A DNA stretch of 64,000 bases from Armatimonadota bacterium. GTDB taxonomy: Bacteria > Armatimonadota > HRBIN16. Position numbers and translations under genes: made by a program. Shown here one piece after another: positions 1 through 8,841 of this stretch (position 1 is its first letter; each line of letters opens with the position of its first letter). The notes beneath the pieces are model-generated. The model had not been told where the DNA came from. It was given only the letters and a program-made list of their open reading frames with translations, and did no database searches. The DNA is taken from positions 352,001 to 416,000 of the forward strand of contig OY781964.1 of assembly GCA_963677485.1 (NCBI GenBank), read 5' to 3'.

Positions 1-2
1 GC

Positions 3-1034
3 ATGGTGGAAGAGGCCCGCAAGAACCTGGAGTTCCGGCTGCGCAAATATCTTCTGTTCGGCACGCTGCAAACCGCTGAGACCATGGGTGTTGACTGCGC
101 GCGTCATATCCACGAGAATGACGAATCCGAAGGCCCGGGCTACACCATTCTGCAGGCACGAGACTACATCGAGCTCACCGGCGATCACGCCTTTGGCCAG
201 AAAATGTGGCCGATGCTGGACTGGTGCTGGACGGTGCAGACCAAACATCTGGCCGGTGGTCTGCTGCCATTCAACGGCGACGAAACCTATGTGGCGGGCG
301 GCTTCTTCCCTCGCTCTGGGCTGAACCAGGGCTCCGCCGACTCCACGCTGGTGTTCATCGAGGCCGGTAAGTGGCTTGGCAAGTGGGCGGTCGATCATGG
401 CTATTGGAGCAATGGGTTTGCGAAAGATCAAATGGCAATGGTGAAGCAGGCCTCCGAGGCCTACCGCAAGCACTTCTTCGCCGGCAACCTCATCTGGGCC
501 AACGAACCCGAACGTCTCGACCATATTACACCACCCAGGTTCCGGCACGGCGTGTGCGAGGGTTCTTGCGGTTGGTTTGGCTGGACCGAGCGCAGCGACA
601 AAGGCCGCTACCTCTGCCCGAACTGCATCGGCGTGAAGGATGTGCCCGCTGAGGTTCCTGCGAAGATGGAGGTGAACTCCGTGTCGCTGTTGCCGGCGTA
701 TCTGGAGAGCGACATCCTCAGCAACGAGGAGACGCAGCGTGTGCTGGAGCACGTGCTGTCGCAAGCCGACGCACAAGGTCATATCTCCAGTGTGCCCGGA
801 AAACCGGCTTGTGTGGGTTACGATCCAGGCTTGATTTTGATCAGCTTGACTAAGCTGCACAGCCCCAAGGCGAAACAGGCATGTGAGCGCATGCTGAAGC
901 TGCTGGACGACACCGGAGCCTGGGTGGAGTATTACGGTGGAGGCGATGCCCGCATCGGCTGCTGCCGTGCCCGTCCATGGGAGAGCGGCATCAACGTGAA
1001 GGCACTGGTGAATTACCTGAGCCAGACGAAGTAG
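3..1034 (+). CDS. (alpha/alpha)6-barrel glycoside hydrolase-like protein, C-terminal part (probably truncated by window start)
   Basis: 'YIELTGDHAF...WPML', 'GAWVEYY' and 'RPWESGIN' resemble six-hairpin glycosidases; ORF begins at the window edge. Confidence 0.55.
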   Translation: MVEEARKNLEFRLRKYLLFGTLQTAETMGVDCARHIHENDESEGPGYTILQARDYIELTGDHAFGQKMWPMLDWCWTVQTKHLAGGLLPFNGDETYVAGGFFPRSGLNQGSADSTLVFIEAGKWLGKWAVDHGYWSNGFAKDQMAMVKQASEAYRKHFFAGNLIWANEPERLDHITPPRFRHGVCEGSCGWFGWTERSDKGRYLCPNCIGVKDVPAEVPAKMEVNSVSLLPAYLESDILSNEETQRVLEHVLSQADAQGHISSVPGKPACVGYDPGLILISLTKLHSPKAKQACERMLKLLDDTGAWVEYYGGGDARIGCCRARPWESGINVKALVNYLSQTK

Positions 1035-1104
1035 GGACGCAGGCTTTGTGATTCGTCACCCTGCCACGTCCTGAAGGACAAGGTTATGTTCATGACTCAC
1101 TTCC

Positions 1105-1274
1105 GCCGCGCCCTGAAGGACGCGGCTTATTAGCCGAAAAGCCGGCTGAAGCCGTCTACCAGAGTTCTGCGATCGAGTGTGGGCTGTGATGTTTCATATC
1201 GATTACCGAGCGGATGTCCGCAGCCCATTTTAATGGGCTTTTCGGTTAAGAAGCCGCGTCCTTCAGGGCGCGGC
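1105..1274. repeat. REP/REPIN-like palindromic doublet (family D)
   Basis: gccgcgccctgaaggacgcggctt ... aagccgcgtccttcagggcgcggc inverted pair; extra arms at ~1063 and ~1341; related copy at 16510. Confidence 0.8.
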
Positions 1275-1416
1275 ACAGGATGTCGACGAAGGTTGCACCC
1301 TCTGGCGCAATCAGCCATTACGCCATATGAGCCCTATCCCTGCCGCGTCCTTCCGGGCGCGGCATAGAATGGCGACGATTGCAGGCTTGCTGCATGGCTG
1401 TCCGCCGCTGCCCGAT

Positions 1417-2709
1417 CTAGGTAAAGCTGGGCAGGAAGTCGGCTTGCAACTGCAGCATGTAGTCCAGCATCTTCTCCGCCTGAACCACGCTGTCGACCAC
1501 CGGATCCAGCAGCAGTGCTTGCATCAGCCTGTCGCGCGACTTGGTGGCAAACGCCTCAGTCAGGCTGTCAATGATCGAGAACTGCACGCGCATCAATGCT
1601 GCGGCTGGCTCAGGGATGCAGCCTACAAAGTGCGGGTGAAGACCATCAGCATCCACTGAAGCGGGAACTTCCACCACAGCCGTTTTGGGCAGATTCGCCA
1701 CATATCCAGCACTGTTCAACACGTTCACGGCCGGGTCATCAAACGCCACGCCCGAAACCTGCGCGTTGATGATGTCCACAGCCGCCTCTCCGCTGCCGCG
1801 CACCCAGCTCTCATCAGCAACCTCACCCGCCTGCACCACACTCTCCACTGCGCTCACCTGCCGCTCCGACGGCTTCACAGCATGGCACTCCTGGCCATAC
1901 GACCATCGGTCGGGCACATAGCTTGCTCCCCAGGCCAGGTACTCGCCGATGTGGTCGTCCGACCGGTAAGTGAACATATTGAAATACTTCACCAGGTCAT
2001 GGTAGATGGAGTTCTGACGCTTCTCATCGGCCAGAGCGCCCTCAATAACCTTCGGCAGAAGGTCTTCCCCTGTCTGCTTATCCTTCACGCTCAGGAACAT
2101 GTAGAAGTGGTTTAGACCAGCGCTCACGATCTCCAGCTCATCCAGTGGACGGCCCAGATACTGGCTGGCAGCACCTGTTCCGCTGTGGATACCGTGGCAA
2201 AGCCCCACCACCTTAATCTTGGTGAGGTGCGACACCGCATGGGTGATGCGCGCCACCGGGTTCGTGAAGTCCAACAATAGTGCCGTAGGACAGATGCGCT
2301 CCATATCGCGGCAGATGGGTATCACGATGTTCATGTTGCGCAGCGCGTGGAATATGGCGCCAGGACCGCCATTTTCGCCCAGAATATGCCGGAAGCCAAA
2401 CGCGTGTGGCACTCGGAAGTCCTGCTCCCAAAGAGGCATTCGCGATCGTTCCACGGCGCAGATCACGAAATTGGCGTCAGTCAACGCTTGCTCAAGGTCC
2501 AGGCTCCGCGTGACCGTGATGTCTGCACCGAGGTGCGCCTTCACGATCTCAGCGAAGCGGTACATCAAGTCGAGAGCGGTCTCGTTGATGTCGTGCAGGC
2601 AGAGGGTCACTCCCTGCCCTCGCAAACCTTCAGCCCACATGATATCTACTACATTGCCTCGGCCAAAATCCTTCGACCCGGCACCCACCATGACGATCTT
2701 AACGGACAT
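1417..2709 (-). CDS. Family 4 glycoside hydrolase (NAD+-dependent alpha-galactosidase/glucosidase)
   Basis: KIVMVGAGS Rossmann motif, GENGGPG, FTNP, VGLCHG, AGLNH; start moved to ATG 2709 with GAGGAG RBS. Confidence 0.92.
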   Translation of the reverse strand: MSVKIVMVGAGSKDFGRGNVVDIMWAEGLRGQGVTLCLHDINETALDLMYRFAEIVKAHLGADITVTRSLDLEQALTDANFVICAVERSRMPLWEQDFRVPHAFGFRHILGENGGPGAIFHALRNMNIVIPICRDMERICPTALLLDFTNPVARITHAVSHLTKIKVVGLCHGIHSGTGAASQYLGRPLDELEIVSAGLNHFYMFLSVKDKQTGEDLLPKVIEGALADEKRQNSIYHDLVKYFNMFTYRSDDHIGEYLAWGASYVPDRWSYGQECHAVKPSERQVSAVESVVQAGEVADESWVRGSGEAAVDIINAQVSGVAFDDPAVNVLNSAGYVANLPKTAVVEVPASVDADGLHPHFVGCIPEPAAALMRVQFSIIDSLTEAFATKSRDRLMQALLLDPVVDSVVQAEKMLDYMLQLQADFLPSFT

Positions 2710-2827
2710 ATGCACTCCTCTTTCCGGCACACAAAGATATGTGTAACCGCTGATATTATTCGCTCTCGAGCGGCAGTATTCCTACTGCCAACTGATTGTT
2801 TGACATACCCATTCGTCACTGTGTCCT

Positions 2828-2870
2828 AAAAAACAGGGACAGATGCAGCGGACTGCTTCTATCCCTGTTG
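2828..2870 (-). terminator. Probable intrinsic terminator of the FadL-family gene
   Basis: aacagggacaga...tctatccctgtt stem followed by a T-run on the minus strand. Confidence 0.5.
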
Positions 2871-2905
2871 CGTTGACGATGCAAATCTGATCGGTCAGCC
2901 GATCA

Positions 2906-4204
2906 CTAGAACTTGATACCATACCCCAGCATGAACTCAAACTGGTACATGGACAGGTCGACCTGCTGCTGGCCTGGAGCTTCCATGGGGTTGGCACCAC
3001 TCACCGTTTTTGAAGGCGAATAAGCCAGCGCAAATGAGAACTCACGGTCGTTGGGCAGCTCTTTGGTTCCACCCAGCGTGTAATGCCATTCCTGAACACC
3101 AGGAGCCAGGATGTTAAACAACACTTCGCTGCTTGGGATGGGCTGTCGGCCATAGCTGACACCAGTCCGCCAGGTCCAGTCGGCTGCTCCCTTTTTCTGG
3201 TAGCCAAGTTTGTACACGGTCATATCGCGCCAGCCAAAACCTGACCCATTATCTCCACCCAGCAGATAGGATGCATCTCCGCCCATGCCGTTCATCAGGT
3301 AAGAGAAGGGATTACCAATGGAGGCGACATCGCTGTACCATATCTTTTTGATATCAAAGGTAACCACAGTATCTTCATTGGTATGGTAAGCACAACCAAT
3401 CGTACCGTTAGCAGGGATATCGAAACCGCCCTGCTGAGCAAACAGATCAGAATAACGTGTAAATTTACCCATGCTGATTTTTGGCTGATAGGCTGCACTC
3501 AGTGTGAGCTTCTCACTTACATTCGCCTGTACACCCAATCGAACACCCACTCCGTCAGTGGTGTCTTTACCCTGATTAGTGAGGCTGTCTGGGTTGCCGT
3601 CGCTGACCATACCGCCAAAGCTGGCAAGGCCATCGGCTTCGAAGTTCTGCATGACGTATATCAGCGAGATGCCAAAATCCAGTTTCGGCGAGACCTTACG
3701 TGCATAGGTGCCCGCGATGAACATCTGCTCAAGGTTAACTCCTGTCGCACCAGCCCAATAAGTGCCAGTTCCGCCAGCCGATGCAGGCCAGGTGGTGTTC
3801 ATGCCGCCGTTGCCATAGATGGTGATACCAAGGCTGGAATTCTCATCAAGCATTTTATTGTAGCCAATGTCTGGCATATAGAACAGCTTGCTCGCGCTGT
3901 CCCAATTTCCGGGCGCTAATGGGAATGTGCCGGGTGCGCCTGATGGGTTACCGCTGACCGAATAGTTCCTTAAGGGCGAAAAAAGATTCAAGCCGATGTC
4001 GAATCTGGTCCCGACGGTCACCATACCCGCCGGATTGGTAGCCGCCGCCAATGCATCCTGAGATAGTGCGGAGGTAGCACCCGCCAGGGCTTTTGATTTG
4101 ACGCCAAAGCCGTCAGTAAAATAGCCATCGGTTGACCATGAGGGTGAACTAATGGCTGCCGCCATGACGACAGCAAGTGCCGCCTTTGTAATGAATAATT
4201 TCAA
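2906..4204 (-). CDS. OmpP1/FadL/TodX family outer-membrane transporter
   Basis: Signal peptide, 'GYFTDGFGVKSKALAGA...NPAG', 'YGNGGMNT', C-terminal aromatic 'GYGIKF'. Confidence 0.88.
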   Translation of the reverse strand: MKLFITKAALAVVMAAAISSPSWSTDGYFTDGFGVKSKALAGATSALSQDALAAATNPAGMVTVGTRFDIGLNLFSPLRNYSVSGNPSGAPGTFPLAPGNWDSASKLFYMPDIGYNKMLDENSSLGITIYGNGGMNTTWPASAGGTGTYWAGATGVNLEQMFIAGTYARKVSPKLDFGISLIYVMQNFEADGLASFGGMVSDGNPDSLTNQGKDTTDGVGVRLGVQANVSEKLTLSAAYQPKISMGKFTRYSDLFAQQGGFDIPANGTIGCAYHTNEDTVVTFDIKKIWYSDVASIGNPFSYLMNGMGGDASYLLGGDNGSGFGWRDMTVYKLGYQKKGAADWTWRTGVSYGRQPIPSSEVLFNILAPGVQEWHYTLGGTKELPNDREFSFALAYSPSKTVSGANPMEAPGQQQVDLSMYQFEFMLGYGIKF

Positions 4205-4627
4205 TGATATTCCCCTTCATTTTCGATATCTAGATATGGGTAGTTTGGGAAAAGCCTGTGAATAGCCGGATATCTGCCGTTACGAAGACATACTGAAGTG
4301 AACGAAAATACAGTTCTACATTAGTTTTATATACCTGTACTCAAACATGCTGTCAAGAAGGCATGATAGATTACACGGCACTGGGTATATCTCACCGCGT
4401 CCTGGCATATTGTAAGCCACTTATCTGAGCTAGTCTTAGATATATCTGTGGCATTCAGTCCTCAGTATATGCAACCATTATCGTTTACCAGAGCTCTCTA
4501 GCGCATTAACGTCTCGTTTTCTGGTAGATTCGCATTATCATTCAAGCCACGCCGCGTCTTCGCGTGATTGGCAGGGTTGTGTATAATACATTCAATACAC
4601 GCCATACATTTCGTAAGGAGTTTTCAC

Positions 4628-6925
4628 ATGTCTATGCGTTTATGGTCCGGTCTGGCCGTGATAACCTCGGTACTGATGCTCTCACTCTCTGCAAATGCTC
4701 AGCTCGCGAAGCCGCCAGCCGACCTGCTGCCGAATGTGCCAGCAGACTTCACACGCTTCGTGATGCCCAACCAACCCGAGGTGGCACAGCTTTTCAACCG
4801 CTACACATGGTATTTCTGGAACAACCGCGCCTACAACAACAATGTGATGTTCTACCAGGAATATATGACCATGGCAGACATGTGGCTGAACGACGCGATA
4901 GACCCGCGCCGAAAGATCAGCATCCAAAATGCCCGACGCGACGACCTGGCCACTACGCTTATCCACCGCAGCGGATATGTGCACACGCAGCAGCACTATA
5001 GTCATGCCGACGACTGGGGCTGGGTGTTTCCACTATGGGAACAAAGCCAAGTTTTTAACCCGGGCGACCCCGCGAACATCTACAAAAAAAACACCACCTA
5101 CGGATGGTGCTTCCAGACCACGGTGCCACCGTGGTGGATTGATGGTGGGTATCTGGTATCGTGGCCCGGGCTGCAGGGTGACGCGCTGGGCGAATCGGCC
5201 ACCCACAAATGGGAGCTGACAGACCTTAAAAGCAGCGGCATCAAAGAGGAAAAATGGCAGCTCGAAGCCACAGGCCCAAACCCAACCATCACCTCACCTG
5301 CCGATGTGCAGTTGCAGGCGTTCCAGTGCCCGTATCTGCAGATTCGCTGGCTTCGCGAACTGGCATCTGGCGGTAAACCCAAGGCGGTAATCGAGTGGAT
5401 GCGGGTCGGTGATACCGGCTTCTCTGCCGACCGCCGTATCGAGTTCGACGCACAGTCTGAGACGACGGAACTCGAAAAGCAGATCGGCTTCATCGCCACG
5501 GACACCATCATGGGACCGTGGGAACAAACCTGGCACAGCATCGTGCCGATGTTTAAGCATCCGAAGTGGAATGGCAAAATCGCAAGGTTCCGCATCCGAC
5601 TAGCACCTGGCAGTGAACAGGCGAAATTCCAGATTGACAGCATCTTCACCTGCTACGACACGCGCCATTCCATCAACAACCCGCTGTTCGTGATGGGCTC
5701 ATGGAACGTCTACCGCTGGTCTGGCGACTTGGATTTCCTCCGTAAACAGCTCGACCGTATGCGCATCGCCTGTAAATACCAGATGGAGCAGATGGGTGGC
5801 TTGAAATACAACCACATCCGCAACACCTGGCCTGGGCACGACGGTCTACCAGGCTGGAGCATCGACAACACCAAGCCCGGTAAGCGCGTATTGAATGGCG
5901 GGCATGGCATAGGCAATAACTACTACGACCTGGTGCCCTTCGGCTGGGATGATGCCTACGCTACCAGTCAGTATTACGGCATGCTGACCACAATGATCAA
6001 AGTGGAGCGTCTGGTCCTAAAACATCCTGAATGGAAGATGCCGAACCGTGTAAAGTTCTACAGTGCTGATTTCCTGACTAAGCACGCAGCCAAAGTCAAA
6101 CAGACCGCCAACAAGCTGTTCTGGAACGACAAGACCGGGCGGTTCATTGGCTCCATCTCCAAAGAAGGCAAGCGTCACGACTACGGCTTCACCTTCGTCA
6201 ACCAGGATGCCATCTGGTATGACATCGCCAGCCCGGAACACGCGAAATCGATCATGGACTGGATCACCGGCAAGCGGATTGTAGCCGGCGACACCTCGCA
6301 AGGCCCGGATATCTACCGGTTCGAGTTCGGTCCCCGCGCCACTACCAAACGCAATGTGGAATGGTATGGCCAGGGCTGGTACTACCCTGAAGGTATTCCG
6401 TGGGGAGGCCAAATTCAAGACGGCGGTGCCGTGCTGGGCTTTGCATACTACGATCTATGGGCACGCATGAATGTGTATGGCATCGACAACGCCTGGTCGC
6501 AGTTTACACGTATTGCCAACTACGAAAAAGAGGTCATCGCCGCAGGTGGGTACCGCAAGTTCTACGCGGACGGCACCAAGGGCACCACACTGCAAGGCGG
6601 AGGCCGGCCGGGCGGTATCGGAGTCGACCAGGAGTTCCTGGAGAGCGCCGTGCTGCCGGCATTTATCGTGAACGGATTCCTGGGCATCAATCCCGATGGC
6701 CAGAACCTGCTCATCAAGCCCAATCTGCCGAAGGCGTGTCCCAGCATAGGCATCCGTAAAATGCGATACCGCAACTGCACATGGAACATCCAGGCCGACG
6801 GCTCACAGATCATCGTGGAGTTACTGGACAAGCCCTCGCAGCCCATCAGCGTGTGCTGGTACCAGCACGGCAAGCTGATGAGCTACAGCTTCAAGACTCC
6901 AGGGCTGGTAAAGCTGAAGCGTTAG
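4628..6925 (+). CDS. Secreted glycoside-hydrolase-like protein with (alpha/alpha)6 catalytic domain
   Basis: Signal peptide, 'YRWSGDLDFL', 'NYYD', 'KLFWNDKTGRF', 'FLGINPDG.NL.IKP.LP'; AAGGAG RBS before ATG 4628. Confidence 0.7.
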   Translation: MSMRLWSGLAVITSVLMLSLSANAQLAKPPADLLPNVPADFTRFVMPNQPEVAQLFNRYTWYFWNNRAYNNNVMFYQEYMTMADMWLNDAIDPRRKISIQNARRDDLATTLIHRSGYVHTQQHYSHADDWGWVFPLWEQSQVFNPGDPANIYKKNTTYGWCFQTTVPPWWIDGGYLVSWPGLQGDALGESATHKWELTDLKSSGIKEEKWQLEATGPNPTITSPADVQLQAFQCPYLQIRWLRELASGGKPKAVIEWMRVGDTGFSADRRIEFDAQSETTELEKQIGFIATDTIMGPWEQTWHSIVPMFKHPKWNGKIARFRIRLAPGSEQAKFQIDSIFTCYDTRHSINNPLFVMGSWNVYRWSGDLDFLRKQLDRMRIACKYQMEQMGGLKYNHIRNTWPGHDGLPGWSIDNTKPGKRVLNGGHGIGNNYYDLVPFGWDDAYATSQYYGMLTTMIKVERLVLKHPEWKMPNRVKFYSADFLTKHAAKVKQTANKLFWNDKTGRFIGSISKEGKRHDYGFTFVNQDAIWYDIASPEHAKSIMDWITGKRIVAGDTSQGPDIYRFEFGPRATTKRNVEWYGQGWYYPEGIPWGGQIQDGGAVLGFAYYDLWARMNVYGIDNAWSQFTRIANYEKEVIAAGGYRKFYADGTKGTTLQGGGRPGGIGVDQEFLESAVLPAFIVNGFLGINPDGQNLLIKPNLPKACPSIGIRKMRYRNCTWNIQADGSQIIVELLDKPSQPISVCWYQHGKLMSYSFKTPGLVKLKR

Positions 6926-6946
6926 GGGCTTGCACCAACGCAAGAA

Positions 6947-6970
6947 GGGCGGTTCGCGAACCGCCCTTAC
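6947..6970. repeat. GTAG/GTAA-type REP palindrome
   Basis: gggcggttcgcgaaccgcccttac just after a stop codon. Confidence 0.6.
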
Positions 6971-7123
6971 ACAAGACAATCAACTGACCGGCGTGGTTTT
7001 CATCGCGCCGGTCTTGCGTTAGCCGTTAGAATATGTCAGACGAGTAGGACGAGTAGGACTGATAAGCTAGCGGCAACAGTTCCCATTCTATCTCCTTCTC
7101 TCCTGCTCTTCTGTCTCCTCCGC

Positions 7124-8059
7124 TTAGTGCATCTCCACCGCGCAGCTGCCGATTCCGCTGCGGAGGAAGTTGAACTGCACGTTCGGGTGAAGCCCCAGCA
7201 ACGACATCGGCACAGCCGAGTCGGCCAGTTTCTTGGCGATCATCAGCGTGGTCAGGCGCATACCAAACGGGTTGTCATGGCAGCCCGCGTGCCAGATCGA
7301 CACTTTCTCCGATTTCCATGTCTGCAGCGGGCCGACACTCACCGCCTGGCTGGGCACCAGATCAATCTTACCGCCTCCGCTGGTGCGGGCGTTCTGCATC
7401 ACCGTGACAGGGTGCAAGGTGACCACACGGGTGGAGAGCTTCAGGTATTCCTCCGGCGTGGGCGGGTTGTCCTGGTATTTCCCGGTTCTGGGCAGCGGGT
7501 CATTGAATGCCCAGTGCTTGATGTCGCCCTGACCACCCTGCATCACCGCGCAGCGGGCGGTTTCGAAACTGGCCACGTAGTCGGTATTGTCAGCTTTCGG
7601 AAAGTGCATATTGCTCGCCCTCATCGCCAGCTCGGGACGGATGCGGTTGAAACAGAGCTCCTTGTCGGCTTTCGCGAAGGATAGCGGATGGTCCTCAGCG
7701 GCCTCTTTACCGTCAATAATCCACTCGTCCATGCCCCAAAAGTGTGCGTCGCGGGCATTCAGGTTCAAGCCCATCGCATTCACCATGCGCGCCACCAACG
7801 GGAGCTGCTCGGTGGGGCCGATCGGGCCGCAGATGCCCACCGGGTCGTTCGGTGTTGACTGCTGCCACGCCTCGATATACTCCAAAGCCTCCGCGCAGTA
7901 GAACTCTTCGATGCTGTCGTAATACACCACCTTGAAACCTTCGCGCGACAGCCCAAACATATCCTCGGCAGTGAGTTTAGCGGCGTCATCCAGGATCGCC
8001 TGGTCGATGGTGGTAAAGTCCCACCACCCGGGAACGAGCTTGCTGATCGGTCGAGTCAT
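7124..8059 (-). CDS. NagB/glucosamine-6-phosphate isomerase-deaminase family protein
   Basis: '[10 protein letters not shown]', 'HFWGMDEW', 'HPLSF', '[14 protein letters not shown]'. Confidence 0.75.
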   Translation of the reverse strand: MTRPISKLVPGWWDFTTIDQAILDDAAKLTAEDMFGLSREGFKVVYYDSIEEFYCAEALEYIEAWQQSTPNDPVGICGPIGPTEQLPLVARMVNAMGLNLNARDAHFWGMDEWIIDGKEAAEDHPLSFAKADKELCFNRIRPELAMRASNMHFPKADNTDYVASFETARCAVMQGGQGDIKHWAFNDPLPRTGKYQDNPPTPEEYLKLSTRVVTLHPVTVMQNARTSGGGKIDLVPSQAVSVGPLQTWKSEKVSIWHAGCHDNPFGMRLTTLMIAKKLADSAVPMSLLGLHPNVQFNFLRSGIGSCAVEMH

Positions 8060-8841
8060 TATCGGGTTCCTCCATGTCGGGTTACTTTATTAGTTAATAC
8101 GGTGGTCAGCGGATCGAACTCCTCGGAGCCGAAGCCCAGGCTAAGGTGCCGTCGCCAGCCCTCAGCCACGATAAACTGGCCAGAGCAGGCGCCCACCTCT
8201 TCGCACATCTGCTCCATCAAGTGGATGTAGTTGTCGGTTCCCTGGCTTTCATCCAGCCACTCTTTCTGGCTTCGATGGCAGGCCAGCATGTCGCGTTTCA
8301 TCTGCAGAACATCCTGCATATTCACATAGAGCTCGGGTGTCAACGGCTGGCGCAACGGATCCTTCAAGCCCATAGGCATGGCATGATACAGGCATATGTC
8401 CTGGAATGTGGCCTCTGTGACAGGATCGCACACGTAGTTGGGCATATTGCGGCAGAACGCCGCCGTGACCGCCAGCCGGGCCGTGTTGGTGTGGTCCTCC
8501 ATGTAGTCCTGAGGTGAGGGTATCAGCAGTATCTCCGGCTGGACTTCGCGGATGATCGCACACAGCTTGCGGATGAGCGACTGCTCGTAGAGTATCTCCA
8601 GGTCGTTGGTGATGGGCGTATGATAGGTCGCACCTATCAGCCTGGCGGCATCGGCCGACTCCTGTATGCGGATGCGCGCGGTGATCTCCGCATCCGTCAC
8701 CACCGACCCGCAGCAGCCGTTCGCCAGCGACATCACGTGGATCTCATAGCCCGCCTGTGCCAGAAGAATCAGCGTGCCGGACATCACGAACTCAATATCA
8801 TCAGGGTGGGCACCGATGGCCATTGCGCGAGGGTTACCCAT
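8059..8841 (-). CDS. PIG-L/LmbE family deacetylase
   Basis: 'AHPDDIE', 'DYMEDH', 'CHRSQ'. Confidence 0.92.
   Translation of the reverse strand: MGNPRAMAIGAHPDDIEFVMSGTLILLAQAGYEIHVMSLANGCCGSVVTDAEITARIRIQESADAARLIGATYHTPITNDLEILYEQSLIRKLCAIIREVQPEILLIPSPQDYMEDHTNTARLAVTAAFCRNMPNYVCDPVTEATFQDICLYHAMPMGLKDPLRQPLTPELYVNMQDVLQMKRDMLACHRSQKEWLDESQGTDNYIHLMEQMCEEVGACSGQFIVAEGWRRHLSLGFGSEEFDPLTTVLTNKVTRHGGTR

Noticed and set aside
1130-1367. Small ORFs in repeat-rich intergenic regions (also 16534-17183, 23542-24234, 56420-57039)
   Set aside because: They translate palindromic REP DNA and show no coding motifs
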